A stretch of DNA of 64,000 nucleotides, taken from the IMG/VR virus record IMGVR_UViG_3300046665_000229, positions 1 through 64,000 of that record. One strand, given 5' to 3'. This document shows, piece by piece, positions 46,607 to 56,931 of the stretch (position 1 is its first letter; each line of letters starts with the position of its first letter). The translations under genes and the position numbers were made by a program. This DNA is from a virus. Below the pieces are notes generated by a model. It was not told the origin of the DNA and did no database searches. It saw only the letters and a list, made by a program, of their open reading frames with translations.

Positions 46607-48559
46607 ATGGATATCGCCGTCCTCGACGAATACTACACCGACCCGCAACACGAAGCCGCTCTTCGTGCGCAGGTACAGGAGATCATTGCCCAAAGCTTCA
46701 GCCCGCCGCCGAAGCTGACCGTTTCCGAATGGGCCGACGAATACCGCATCCTCTCGGCAGAAGCGTCCAGCGAGCCCGGCAAGTGGTCTACGGCGCGCGT
46801 TGAGCCCTCGCGCGGCATCATGGATGCCTTCGCCGATCCTGACATCGAGATCATCACGGCGATGGTCGCCGCGCAGACGGTGAAGACGGAAGTTATCAAC
46901 AACGTCACCGGCTTCCACGTTCATCTCGACCCCTGCCCGATGCTCATCCTGCAACCCACGTTGCAGATGGCCGAAGCCTACTCGAAGGATCGTCTCGCCC
47001 CGATGATCCGTGACACGCCGCAACTGTCGGTGAAGATCGGCATCAATGCGCGCGATTCCGAAGACACGATCCTCCATAAGAAGTATCCCGGCGGTCATAT
47101 CACGATGGCGGGCGCGAACTCGCCTGCGTCGCTGGCATCACGTCCGATCCGCATCCTGCTTTGCGACGAAGTCGATCGATATGAGGCGAGCGCCGGCAAG
47201 GAAGGCGACCCGGTCTCGCTTGCTATCGAGCGAACGACGACGTTCTGGAACCGTAAGATCGCGCTCGTCTCGACGCCTACTATCAAGGGCGCGTCGCGTA
47301 TCGAGGCATCCTATGAGGAAAGCGATCAGCGCCGCTTCTTCGTCAACTGCCCGAAGTGCGGTCATCTGCAACATCTGCGGTGGAAGCAAGTACGGTGGCC
47401 GGAAGGGGCTCCGCTCGATGCGAAGTATCATTGCGAGTACAGCGATAGCGAGACCGGCGAAGTCTGCGACTACGGATGGAGCGAGGCCGAACGCCTTCAG
47501 GCCATCCAAGGCGGCGTATGGATCGCCACGCGCCCCGAAATCAAGGGCCACGCCGGCTTCCATCTCAACCGTATCGCTTCGCCCTGGCGCGCGCTTGGCG
47601 AGATGGCACGCGACTTCGAGCTTGTGCGGAAGTTCCCCGAGCGTCTGAAGACGTGGGTGAACACGCGCCTCGCGGAGACTTGGGAAGAGCGCGGCGAACG
47701 TGCCAACCCGGACTCCATCTATGGGCGTCGCGAAGAGTATGACGCGAACGTTGAACTGCCGAGCCAAGTCGGCTGCGTCACTGCGGCAATCGATATGCAG
47801 GATGACCGCTTCGAAGTCGAATGGCTCGGATGGGGAGCCGACGATGAGTCTTGGTCGCTCGATTACAAGGTCCACTATGGCGACCCGACCTCTCCCGGCT
47901 TTTATGAGGTCATGGATGATGCGCTCTTGCGCACGTTCAAGCACCCGGCAGGGATCATGATGCGCGTCGAGGCGGCGTGCATCGACTCCGGTGGTCATCA
48001 CACGCAGCAAGTCTATGACTTCGTCCGTCCGCGTCAGGGCCGCAAGGTCTACGCGATCAAGGGCATGGCTGGCCCCGGCCGTCCGCTGTGGCCGGTGAAG
48101 GGCACCGACAACAAGAAGAAGAACGTGACGGTCTTTGTGCTCGGTGTCGATCAAGGAAAGGACATCCACTACAAGCGCCTTGGCGTGAAGGAACCCGGCC
48201 CCGGCTACTGCCACTTCCCGCTCTTCGAAGAGAATTATGGGAAGAAGCACTTCGAGGGCCTGACCGCCGAAAAGGCGATCCTGAAGACCGACAAGAAGGG
48301 CTTCGTCGTCAAGGAATGGCACAAGGTCCACGTCCGCAACGAACCGCTCGACGTGCGTGTCTATAACATCGCGGCGCGTCTCTCGCTCGGGATCAACATG
48401 GAACGCCGGCTCGCGGCGCTGCGACAAGCAGCCGGCGCGCTGCTCAACCGTGCTCCGCAATCGACCGTCTACAGCCCGGCCCCGAGCGTTCACGACAACG
48501 TCCCGGCGCCCTCGGTGCCCGGCCGGCGTCGCGTCCGGTCGCGCGGCGTTGAATCTTAA
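46607..48559 (+). CDS. terminase large subunit (lambda gpA-like)
   Basis: ~650 aa; ATPase and nuclease regions; follows Nu1-like gene. Confidence 0.9.
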   Translation: MDIAVLDEYYTDPQHEAALRAQVQEIIAQSFSPPPKLTVSEWADEYRILSAEASSEPGKWSTARVEPSRGIMDAFADPDIEIITAMVAAQTVKTEVINNVTGFHVHLDPCPMLILQPTLQMAEAYSKDRLAPMIRDTPQLSVKIGINARDSEDTILHKKYPGGHITMAGANSPASLASRPIRILLCDEVDRYEASAGKEGDPVSLAIERTTTFWNRKIALVSTPTIKGASRIEASYEESDQRRFFVNCPKCGHLQHLRWKQVRWPEGAPLDAKYHCEYSDSETGEVCDYGWSEAERLQAIQGGVWIATRPEIKGHAGFHLNRIASPWRALGEMARDFELVRKFPERLKTWVNTRLAETWEERGERANPDSIYGRREEYDANVELPSQVGCVTAAIDMQDDRFEVEWLGWGADDESWSLDYKVHYGDPTSPGFYEVMDDALLRTFKHPAGIMMRVEAACIDSGGHHTQQVYDFVRPRQGRKVYAIKGMAGPGRPLWPVKGTDNKKKNVTVFVLGVDQGKDIHYKRLGVKEPGPGYCHFPLFEENYGKKHFEGLTAEKAILKTDKKGFVVKEWHKVHVRNEPLDVRVYNIAARLSLGINMERRLAALRQAAGALLNRAPQSTVYSPAPSVHDNVPAPSVPGRRRVRSRGVES

Positions 48560-48572
48560 CGGATCGGCGGCT

Positions 48573-48836
48573 ATGAAGAGCATGATGACAGGTGACGACA
48601 TCAAAGCAGCCCGTATTGAACTCGGCCGGATGTGGAAGGCGGGCGGCGGAATGCTGACCGCTCAAGAGATGGCGCGCGCCCTTGGCCTGTCTGAGAAGCA
48701 CGGCACCGACCACGTCTACAATATGGAGAAGGGCAAGTCGGCCGTCACTGGCACGATTGAACTGCTCGTCCGCATCTATCTCGCCGGCTCCGTGCCGCCC
48801 GACGACGTGGTGATCTTCTCGCCGAAGGCGCGATAG
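48573..48836 (+). CDS. hypothetical protein
   Basis: 88 aa ORF. Confidence 0.3.
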   Translation: MKSMMTGDDIKAARIELGRMWKAGGGMLTAQEMARALGLSEKHGTDHVYNMEKGKSAVTGTIELLVRIYLAGSVPPDDVVIFSPKAR

Positions 48837-48839
48837 AGG

Positions 48840-48888
48840 ATACCGGAACGATCTCTCGCGTGTGAGCCACGTCCCTTAGCTTCGGGAC
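48840..48888 (+). promoter_or_regulatory. late motif copy GATACCGGAACGATCTCTC plus hairpin GTCCC-ttagcttc-GGGAC abutting ATG at 48889
   Basis: Seen directly. Confidence 0.35.
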
Positions 48889-49095
48889 ATGGCACAGAGC
48901 GTCGAAGAACAACTCGCAACCACCCTCGAAGCGATCCACAAGGTCGAGACGAGCGGTCAGCGTTATACCAATGGCGAACGCGAGCTTTGGCGCGGCGACC
49001 TGAAGGATATGGACGCGCGTGCCAAGCGCCTTGAGACGAAGGTCTCGCGCGCTAAGGCCGGTGGTGTGCGCATTCAGCGGGTGATCCCGCTGTGA
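48889..49095 (+). CDS. head-to-tail joining protein (lambda gpW-like)
   Basis: 68 aa, same size and position as lambda W before portal. Confidence 0.6.
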   Translation: MAQSVEEQLATTLEAIHKVETSGQRYTNGERELWRGDLKDMDARAKRLETKVSRAKAGGVRIQRVIPL

Positions 49096-50708
49096 TGAAG
49101 CCCCTCGCCCCGTCAATGATGGATCGCTTCTTGGCGAGCGTCGCACCAACGTATGCGACGCGACGCTATCAAGCGCGCCTTTCACTCAACCTCGTGGGTC
49201 AGTATTCCGGCGCAAAATCCAATCGTGCTGCGCTGAAGTCGTGGAAGACCTACGCCGGATCGGCCGATAGCGACTCGCTCGGCGATCTTCCTGCATTGCG
49301 TGCGCGTGCTCGCGATCTCGGCCGCAACAATCCCATCGCAGTCGGCGCACGCCAGACCTCGAAGAGCAACATCGTTGGCCCCGGCCTGCGTGTCCGCGCG
49401 CAGCTTGACCCGAAGTTGATCGGCCTCTCCGAAGAGGCCACTGAAACTTGGGAGCGCCGCACCGAGACCCTGTTCAACCTTTGGGCCAACTCGAAGCTTT
49501 GCGACATCACCCTGACGCAGAATTTCTACGAGCTTCAGGGTCTCGTATTCAATGCCGTCTTCGAGTCCGGCGACACGTTTGTCCTGCGTCGCCAACCGAA
49601 GTCCAAGAACGCCATCGTGCCACTCGCGCTTGCCGTGATCGAGGCAGACCGCGTTACCACGCCGCAAGAATTGATGAACGACTGGTATATGCGCGACGGC
49701 GTCAAGATCGACGACGACGGCGCTGCTGTCAGCTACTTCGTTCTCAATGACCATCCCGGCGACTCCGTGACGCCCGTTCAAGGTGGCTTTCGTGAAATCC
49801 CTGCGTTCGGCAAGAAGTCGGGCGAGCAGATGGTGCTGCACATCTTCGAGCGCATGCGTCCCGGTCAAAGCCGTGGCATCCCCGCGCTCGCACCCGTCAT
49901 CGAAATCCTGAAGCAACTCGACCGCTACAGCGAAGCCGAGTTGATGAAGGCCGTCGTGTCGTCGTTCTTCACCGTCTTCTTGAAGACGGAGGGCGACGAC
50001 GGTCTTGCCAGCGCCATGCCGCAGGGTGCGTACCCCGGCTGGGGCCAGAACGATATCGCGATGGGCTCTGGCACCATCGTTGACATCGGCCAGAACGAAA
50101 GCATCGAGACCGCGCAGCCGGCGAACACGTCCAACTTCGATCCCTTCTTCACGTCAGTCGTGCGGCAGATCGGCGTCGCGCTGCAAATCCCGTTTGAACT
50201 GCTCATGCTGCACTTCACGGCGAGCTACAGCGCGTCGCGTGCGGCATTGGAGATGGCTGCTCAGTTCTTCAAGGATCGCCGCACTTGGCTGGTCCGCACG
50301 TTCTGCCAGCCGGTCTACGAGTGGTGGCTGTCGCACGCCATCCAGCAAGGACTCGTTGTTGCCGATGGCTTCTACAGCGATGCCGTCAAGCGCGCTGCTT
50401 GGCTGGGAACGCAATGGATCGGCCCGGCCCGCATCATTCTCGACCCGCTCAAGGAATGGAAGGCGGAAGCCGCCGCAGTCGATCTCGGCGCTCGCACCAT
50501 CGAGCAGGTCATCATTGAACGTGGTGGCGACGACTTCGAGGAAACCACGGCACAGCGCGCACGCGAGCACAAGGCGCGTGCAGCCGCGAAGCTTGAGCCG
50601 GAAGTCCTGGCTCCCGAAGGCCAGTCCGCGCAGGTCCCGGCCGAGAAGGAGCCCGGTGGACCGGGCGACGCGAAGCCCCAGCGGGCGCACAACGAGGAAG
50701 AAGACTGA
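49092..50708 (+). CDS. portal protein (lambda gpB-like)
   Basis: 538 aa, after W and before protease. Confidence 0.85.
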   Translation: MMKPLAPSMMDRFLASVAPTYATRRYQARLSLNLVGQYSGAKSNRAALKSWKTYAGSADSDSLGDLPALRARARDLGRNNPIAVGARQTSKSNIVGPGLRVRAQLDPKLIGLSEEATETWERRTETLFNLWANSKLCDITLTQNFYELQGLVFNAVFESGDTFVLRRQPKSKNAIVPLALAVIEADRVTTPQELMNDWYMRDGVKIDDDGAAVSYFVLNDHPGDSVTPVQGGFREIPAFGKKSGEQMVLHIFERMRPGQSRGIPALAPVIEILKQLDRYSEAELMKAVVSSFFTVFLKTEGDDGLASAMPQGAYPGWGQNDIAMGSGTIVDIGQNESIETAQPANTSNFDPFFTSVVRQIGVALQIPFELLMLHFTASYSASRAALEMAAQFFKDRRTWLVRTFCQPVYEWWLSHAIQQGLVVADGFYSDAVKRAAWLGTQWIGPARIILDPLKEWKAEAAAVDLGARTIEQVIIERGGDDFEETTAQRAREHKARAAAKLEPEVLAPEGQSAQVPAEKEPGGPGDAKPQRAHNEEED

Positions 50709-51994
50709 TGACTATCCGTAACCCGCTGATCTTCGACGCGGCTGTCACGCTCGATTGGGCGATGGATGACGCGGCCCTGACTGCCATGATGGAGGTCGCC
50801 GGCCGCGAGCATGAGATCGCGCCGTCGATGCTCGAAGCATATCGCGCGCAACAGTTGGAACGTGCCGAGCGCGCGACCGTGCGCGATGGCGTGGCAATCA
50901 TCGACGTGGCTGGCCCGCTGTTCAAGCGCGCCAACCTGATGACCACTTTCTGCGGCGCGACCGCATACGAGACCGTGCGCCGCGACCTTCAGGCCGCGAT
51001 GGATAACGCGTCGGTTCACGCCATCCTTCTCAACATCCACTCGCCCGGCGGTGAAGCTGCCGGCGTTGCGGAGCTTGCCAGCGCGATCCACTCGTTCAAG
51101 GGCACCAAGCGCATCGTCACCTACGGCGGCGATCAGGTGGCGTCCGCTGCGCTCTGGCTGGCCGTTGCAGGTGACGAGTTCCATGTCGGCCCGACTGCCG
51201 GCGTCGGATCGATGGGCGTCGTGTCCAGCTTCCGTGACACGTCCGCACAGGACAAGGCGCGCGGCATCAAGACCATCGAGTTCGTGTCGTCGCAGTCGCC
51301 GTACAAGCGCCTCGACATGAACACGCAGGACGGACGCGACCGCGTGCAGGCGCGCGTTGACGCAATGGCCGCTGTGTTCGTCGAAACCGTCGCGAACTAT
51401 CGCGGCGTCAGCGTCGAGCATGCGCTTGAGCATTTCGGAAAGGGCGATTCCCTCGTTGGCAAGGCTGCGGTTGAAGCCGGCCTCGCCGATGGCGTCAGCA
51501 CCTTTGAACAGGTTCTCGCGAGTCTCGCTCGCGGTGAAAGCCCGAAGGCAACCTTCGGGAGCAATCAGGCCGCTACCGGCCACATGGAGAACGAAAATAT
51601 GAAGACCGATGCCGAACTGGCTGCGGAAGCCGCTGCTGCCGCTGCTATCACTGCGACCGCCCCGGTCACTGTGACCACGACCGCCGACACCGCTGAAGCG
51701 ACTGCTGCTGCGACTGCGGCCGAGCGTAAGCGCGTCACCACGATCATGAGCATGATCCTGCCCGGTTACGAAGACGCCGCTTCCAAGGCTATCGAAACGG
51801 GCTCTTCGTCCGCCGAGTTCTCGGCAATGATCGTAGCAACTGAACAGGCCAAGCGCACCAAGGCTGCTGCTGACGTTGCGGAAGACACTCAGGCGAACGC
51901 CGAAGTGACTCCCGTCACCGGACAGGAACAGGCAACCGGCGACGACGCCGCAGTCAACGCAATGCTGAGCGCGTTCAAGCTCGCGACGGCCTAA
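50708..51994 (+). CDS. S49-family (SppA/ClpP-like) head maturation protease / minor capsid protein C, with Ala-rich C-terminal scaffold-like tail
   Basis: S49 region (LNIHSPGGEAAGV..., VGSMGV) and position. Confidence 0.8.
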   Translation: MTIRNPLIFDAAVTLDWAMDDAALTAMMEVAGREHEIAPSMLEAYRAQQLERAERATVRDGVAIIDVAGPLFKRANLMTTFCGATAYETVRRDLQAAMDNASVHAILLNIHSPGGEAAGVAELASAIHSFKGTKRIVTYGGDQVASAALWLAVAGDEFHVGPTAGVGSMGVVSSFRDTSAQDKARGIKTIEFVSSQSPYKRLDMNTQDGRDRVQARVDAMAAVFVETVANYRGVSVEHALEHFGKGDSLVGKAAVEAGLADGVSTFEQVLASLARGESPKATFGSNQAATGHMENENMKTDAELAAEAAAAAAITATAPVTVTTTADTAEATAAATAAERKRVTTIMSMILPGYEDAASKAIETGSSSAEFSAMIVATEQAKRTKAAADVAEDTQANAEVTPVTGQEQATGDDAAVNAMLSAFKLATA

Positions 51995-52008
51995 CAAGGA
52001 GCCATGAA

Positions 52009-52374
52009 GTGACGGCTAAGTTTGCAGACGAGGGGACTTTCGTCCCGAATAATTGGGTGATCGGCTTTCACCGCGCCCGCAAGGTCGTGATCAAGGCCGG
52101 CGCCGGAAAGTTGGACGAGGCGACCGTGCTCGGTCTCGTCACCGCCGACTCCAAGTACCTGAAGTCGATCAAGGCCGCGACCGATGGATCGCAGGTGCCC
52201 GACGCGATCCTGTCCGCCCCTGTCGATGCGACTGACGCGGACGTGGAAGCAGTCGTCTACGTCGCAGGCGTGTTCGATCAGGGCGCTCTCAAGCTCGGTG
52301 CCGGACATACCCTCGGATCGGTGGATCAGGTGTTCCGCACCAAGTCGATCTGGCTCGAAACCACGCAGGGCTAA
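52009..52374 (+). CDS. head decoration protein (lambda gpD-like)
   Basis: 121 aa between protease and major capsid. Confidence 0.7.
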   Translation: MTAKFADEGTFVPNNWVIGFHRARKVVIKAGAGKLDEATVLGLVTADSKYLKSIKAATDGSQVPDAILSAPVDATDADVEAVVYVAGVFDQGALKLGAGHTLGSVDQVFRTKSIWLETTQG

Positions 52375-52407
52375 TCGGCTCCCGCACATCATCACGAAAG
52401 CAGTAAG

Positions 52408-53466
52408 ATGGACCTCTATAGCACTACCGCACTCAACAAGGTGATCGAAGAACTGCCGCTCAACCCGGCATACTTCCTGAACACCTTCTTCACGACCGTC
52501 GAGACCTCCGACACGGAAGACGTGAAGTTCGACAAGGTCAAGGGTCGCCGCCTGATCACCCCCCTCGTCTCGCCCATCGTGGCCGGCAAGGTTGTGAAGG
52601 AAGCTGGCTACGAGACCAAGTCGCTCGCGCCGGCCTATGTGAAGGACAAGCGCGTCTTCAAGCCGGGCGCAAACTTCAAGCGCCGCGCAGGCGAGAAGAT
52701 CGGCGGCTCCCTGACCCCGGCACAGCGCCTCGCTGCGTCCGTCGCCTTCTCGCTCAATGAGCAGTTGGAAATGTGGATTCGCCGTCTCGAAGTGATGTCG
52801 GTGGAAGTCCTCCGCACCGGCAAGATCGTTCTCGAAGGCGAGGACTACGAGACGCAGGAAGTGGACTTCGGGCGCAACCCCGAGGCGACGATTGTCCTGA
52901 CTGGCACTGACAAGTGGTCGGCCGATGGCGTCAATCCGCTCGATGACATCGAGCAGTGGGGTCAGGATGTGTTCGACGACTCCTCGCTCGTCGTCCGCGA
53001 CGTGTACATGGCGCTCGACGTCTGGAAGGTCGTCCGCGCCAAGGCTTCTGGCCCCGAGACCGATCCGGTTGCACGCGCGATGCGCATGCAGCTTGACACG
53101 ACCACGACTGGCCTGAATCAGGCTCGTGCCGCGCTTGGCCCGCAGCTTTTCACCGAAGGTGTGAAGCTGGTCGCTGTGTTCGGTGACTATCGTCTGTGGG
53201 TTCACTCGGACAAGTACACGGACCCGGTGACGAAGACCGTGAAGAAGTTCTTGCCGGACGGCGAGATCATCATGGCGTCCCGTCAGATCGAGGGCGTCCG
53301 TCACTTCGGCGCGATTCAGGACCTCGAAGCCGGCATCCAGCCGCGCGAGTTCTTCGTGAAGTCGTGGGAAGAGAAGGACCCGAGCGTTCGCTACATCCTC
53401 GGTCAGTCGGCTCCGCTGATTGCACCGTACCGTGCGAACGGCACGCTCGGCGCGAAGGTGCTCTAA
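52408..53466 (+). CDS. major capsid protein (lambda gpE-like)
   Basis: 352 aa, MDLYSTTALNKVIEELP... typical gpE-family N-terminus. Confidence 0.85.
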   Translation: MDLYSTTALNKVIEELPLNPAYFLNTFFTTVETSDTEDVKFDKVKGRRLITPLVSPIVAGKVVKEAGYETKSLAPAYVKDKRVFKPGANFKRRAGEKIGGSLTPAQRLAASVAFSLNEQLEMWIRRLEVMSVEVLRTGKIVLEGEDYETQEVDFGRNPEATIVLTGTDKWSADGVNPLDDIEQWGQDVFDDSSLVVRDVYMALDVWKVVRAKASGPETDPVARAMRMQLDTTTTGLNQARAALGPQLFTEGVKLVAVFGDYRLWVHSDKYTDPVTKTVKKFLPDGEIIMASRQIEGVRHFGAIQDLEAGIQPREFFVKSWEEKDPSVRYILGQSAPLIAPYRANGTLGAKVL

Positions 53467-53936
53467 TGAGCATCTATCGCGGCCTTGTTACCATCAAGCG
53501 CGGCGGGGTCTATCACCCGCCGGGTTCGCTGCACGACTTCGACGATCACGAAGCAACGGCCCTTGGCCCGACGCGCGTGAAGATCGAAGCCGATCAGGTC
53601 AAGGCTCGCGCTGCTTTCGCTCTCACGTCGGTCGCCTTCGTGGCGACCGATGAATTGCCGGGCGATGCCCTGCCCGGCTTCGAGTCCACTGGCGATTCTG
53701 CCAGTGACGTACCCCCGTCTGTCGTGGTTCCTCCCGCCAGCGCACAGACGGGGGATACGAGCGACCGCATCGCGACGATCAAGGCTGCGCTCGACCTGCT
53801 TGAACCGGGTGACTTCTGGAAGTCCGGCAAGCGCGAAGGCAAGCCGAAGCAAAAGCCGATTGAGGACATCGTTGGTTTCGACATCACCGATGCCGATATC
53901 GACGCCGCCCTGGCTCTGGTCGAAAGCGGGCTCTAA
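53466..53936 (+). CDS. hypothetical head/neck protein
   Basis: taATG-coupled to capsid gene. Confidence 0.35.
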   Translation: MSIYRGLVTIKRGGVYHPPGSLHDFDDHEATALGPTRVKIEADQVKARAAFALTSVAFVATDELPGDALPGFESTGDSASDVPPSVVVPPASAQTGDTSDRIATIKAALDLLEPGDFWKSGKREGKPKQKPIEDIVGFDITDADIDAALALVESGL

Positions 53937-54289
53937 TGCCTGTTGAGACCGATGAAGACCTGCTGATCTTCCTCAACCCCGACGAGTTCGGGGTTGTTGC
54001 TAAGTATCAGTCCCGTGACGCCGGCTCGGAGCCGAAGGATATCCCCGGTCAATTTGATGACAAGGGGTCAAACTGGAATCCGAGCCGGTGGACGGGCACG
54101 CAGTATCAGCAACAGATGGGCGCAAGCGTCACGTCTTCAGCGCCGACGTTCCAGTGCCGCACGATGGACCTCTTCAAAGGCGGACGCAGGAACGAGACCC
54201 TGATCATCAAAGATCAGTCATATCGAATTGAGGACAAGCGGCAGGACGGCACGGGAATGACCTTGCTGCTGCTTATGGCGAACGACTGA
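53936..54289 (+). CDS. head-tail joining/completion protein
   Basis: 117 aa, taATG coupling, position. Confidence 0.4.
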   Translation: MPVETDEDLLIFLNPDEFGVVAKYQSRDAGSEPKDIPGQFDDKGSNWNPSRWTGTQYQQQMGASVTSSAPTFQCRTMDLFKGGRRNETLIIKDQSYRIEDKRQDGTGMTLLLLMAND

Positions 54290-54290
54290 C

Positions 54291-54821
54291 ATGGCCCATC
54301 CGCGCAAGCGCATCCGCACCGCATTCAAGAACCGGCTGGCAACTGCGCTGGCCGGGGGTGCGTTTCGAACGCGTGCGGCTGATCGTGTCCACGCCAGCCG
54401 GCTTCAGCCGATCCATGAAGAAGAGTTGCATGAGGATGGCCCGGCTATCCTCGTCTATGCGCGCATGGAGAAGACCGACAAGGAAGATGACTATGGTGTT
54501 GAGGGCGATGCGACTTCTGTCGAGCGCGACCTTCTCATGGTCACTGAGGGCATGCTGCTCGCAAAGGAGTTGACGGTCGATGACGATCTCGACGACTTCG
54601 CGGAAGAGATGGAAGCGGCGGTCCAAGACTTTATCATTCCCGGCTTTGAGTCGGCGCGCATCCGCTTGATCGAATCCGACATCGACGTGATCACCGAGCA
54701 GGTCAAGCGGCCCATTGGCGCTATCGGGCTGACTTGGAAGATCACCTATCGCACCGATTGGCGTCCCCGCGCCTCTGCGAACAACCCTGACGCGTTGCAA
54801 GACTTCTTGGACGGCAAGTAG
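54291..54821 (+). CDS. tail completion / virion morphogenesis protein
   Basis: 176 aa, position. Confidence 0.35.
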   Translation: MAHPRKRIRTAFKNRLATALAGGAFRTRAADRVHASRLQPIHEEELHEDGPAILVYARMEKTDKEDDYGVEGDATSVERDLLMVTEGMLLAKELTVDDDLDDFAEEMEAAVQDFIIPGFESARIRLIESDIDVITEQVKRPIGAIGLTWKITYRTDWRPRASANNPDALQDFLDGK

Positions 54822-55604
54822 ATGGTCAAGTTTCTGCGCGATCCTGCGAGCACTGGCGGCGTTTCCGACCCGGAAGCGTCGGACATCGATCGTCGTGCGC
54901 AGGACGTGGTCAAGTTCGGCCGTATCGAGGAAGTCGATTACAAGCGCAAGCCCCCTTCATACCGCGTTGGTATTGGCGACAAGAACGATGAAGACAACTA
55001 CATCCTGACCGATTGGCTTCCTGCAACTGGCGGACGCGCTAAGGGCGACCGCGATACCCATTTTCTTGAGGTCGGGGAAAAGGTCGCGCTGCTCGCGGAG
55101 GGCGGCGAGCTTTCGACCGCGCTCGTCATGCCGGCCGGTCAGTACACCGAAGAGGAAGACGAGAAGGAGACGACCGACAAGGCTGGCGTCTGGCGCAAGA
55201 TTTTCCAGAAGCCGAAGGATAAGAACAACCAAGGCGGCGAAGGCGGCAACCAAGGCGATCAGAGCAGCGAAGAGAGTAAGATTCTCGGCGAGATCAGCTA
55301 CGACCGCGAGACCGGCGATTGGAAGATCAAGGGCATCGACGACAAGGGCTCGATCACGCTCGAAGGTTCTGGCTGCTCAATCGTTATGAAGGACGGCACG
55401 ATCACCCTGAAGGCGAAGAACGTCGTCGTCGAGGCGAGCGAGAAGTTCGAGTCGAAGGCCAAGGAATCGCACCACTCCGGTTCGGACAACGTCAAGCTTA
55501 TCGGCAAGACCTACACTGGTCTCGATAACGCAGGCGAAGCGCCCAGCGAGAAGGTTGCGCTCGTTGGCGACATCCCGACGAAGAACACCTTCTCGAAGAA
55601 GTAG
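54822..55604 (+). CDS. baseplate assembly protein V-like (spike)
   Basis: N-terminal VVKFGRIEEVDYKRKPPSYRVGIG gpV-like region; Gly-rich linker. Confidence 0.5.
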   Translation: MVKFLRDPASTGGVSDPEASDIDRRAQDVVKFGRIEEVDYKRKPPSYRVGIGDKNDEDNYILTDWLPATGGRAKGDRDTHFLEVGEKVALLAEGGELSTALVMPAGQYTEEEDEKETTDKAGVWRKIFQKPKDKNNQGGEGGNQGDQSSEESKILGEISYDRETGDWKIKGIDDKGSITLEGSGCSIVMKDGTITLKAKNVVVEASEKFESKAKESHHSGSDNVKLIGKTYTGLDNAGEAPSEKVALVGDIPTKNTFSKK

Positions 55605-55654
55605 CATCTAAGGCGATCCGAACAGTCTGTAGCGACATCGTCCACTGCGGCACG

Positions 55655-56077
55655 GTGCGCTCTATGGCTACTTTCAACGTCAACACTGGCGAAGCTCTGG
55701 AAGGCATCGACGATGTCTGGCAGTCGATTGCCGTCATCATGAGCACGGCAGTCGCCGCGCTCGTTGAGGCGCGCGATTTCGGCTCAAAGCTGCCACGCCT
55801 TGTTGACCGCTCTGTGAGCCAGGTCACGGTAATCGAGTTCTACGCCGCCGTGCCGGAAGCCATCAACCGCATCAGCCCTGAGTCGCTGATGGCGGAAGAG
55901 CCGCGCTTTCGCATCATTCAGATGATCCTTGCCGACATGACCGATGAAGGCAACGCGTCCTTCGATATCGAGGGCGTCTACTACCCGCGCGGCCATCTCG
56001 GCGACTACTCCGAAGCGCGCGATGCGCGCGGCCGGGTTGTCCTCTCCAACAATCTCGTCATCGGGAGTTATGTCTGA
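55655..56077 (+). CDS. baseplate protein W / gp25-like
   Basis: 140 aa before J-like gene. Confidence 0.5.
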   Translation: MRSMATFNVNTGEALEGIDDVWQSIAVIMSTAVAALVEARDFGSKLPRLVDRSVSQVTVIEFYAAVPEAINRISPESLMAEEPRFRIIQMILADMTDEGNASFDIEGVYYPRGHLGDYSEARDARGRVVLSNNLVIGSYV

Positions 56078-56931
56078 TGGACGCCCCTCTCCCCAATCTG
56101 CCGTTGCCCGTCATCGAGCGCGAGCCCGAGTTCCAAGCCCTGTTCGACAGTCGCATCGCGCAGATGCGTGGCGTTCTCCAAACGTCCGGTCTCGATTGGG
56201 ACACTTGGATGCTGCGGTCGGACCCGTTCAACAACGTGTGCCGTCACGCTGCCTATGGCGATCTGCTCTATGTCGCATCGCTCAACGACACGTTTCGCGC
56301 ATCCCTGACCGACTTCGCGCAGGGCGCGGACCTTCTCGCGCTCGCATCCGATTGGGACCTGCCTTTGGCTGAAGGCCAGACGCTCGAAGACCTTCGCCGC
56401 GTTCTTCGTGAGACGAAGAAGGGTCAAGGCGGCTTCACCGACAATTGGTACAAGCGATGGGCGTTCCGCGCCGATAAGCGCGTGGCCGACGTTGGCGTTG
56501 TCGGCGATGCCAAGGGCGGCGTCCTCGTCTCCGTCCTTTCAACTGAAGCCGGCGGCGTCGCGAGCGACGAACTGCTCTCAATCGTCGCGGCCAAGCTCAA
56601 CCTGCCGAACATCCTTGGCGACAACGACCACGTCATCGTTGTGCGCGCCGTGATCCGCGTTGTAAACGTCGAGGCCGATATGTGGCTTTTGCCCGAAGCC
56701 TCCGACGATGAATACCAGAAGGCCGAAGATCGGCTGAAGACCGAGTTCGCGGCTGCTCGCCGGCTCGGCTGGGACTTCAATGGTGACTTCGTAATCGCCG
56801 CCCTGCGCACGTCTGGCGTTCGCCGGGTCAAGATGCTCTCGCCGGCCGCCGACGACAACGAGGTCGTCGAGCCGAATGAGGCCGTGGCGCTCGGCACCGT
56901 CCAGATCAATCGCAAGGGGCGGGCATACTGA
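56077..56931 (+). CDS. baseplate J-like protein
   Basis: 284 aa, P2 V-W-J-I order. Confidence 0.6.
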   Translation: MDAPLPNLPLPVIEREPEFQALFDSRIAQMRGVLQTSGLDWDTWMLRSDPFNNVCRHAAYGDLLYVASLNDTFRASLTDFAQGADLLALASDWDLPLAEGQTLEDLRRVLRETKKGQGGFTDNWYKRWAFRADKRVADVGVVGDAKGGVLVSVLSTEAGGVASDELLSIVAAKLNLPNILGDNDHVIVVRAVIRVVNVEADMWLLPEASDDEYQKAEDRLKTEFAAARRLGWDFNGDFVIAALRTSGVRRVKMLSPAADDNEVVEPNEAVALGTVQINRKGRAY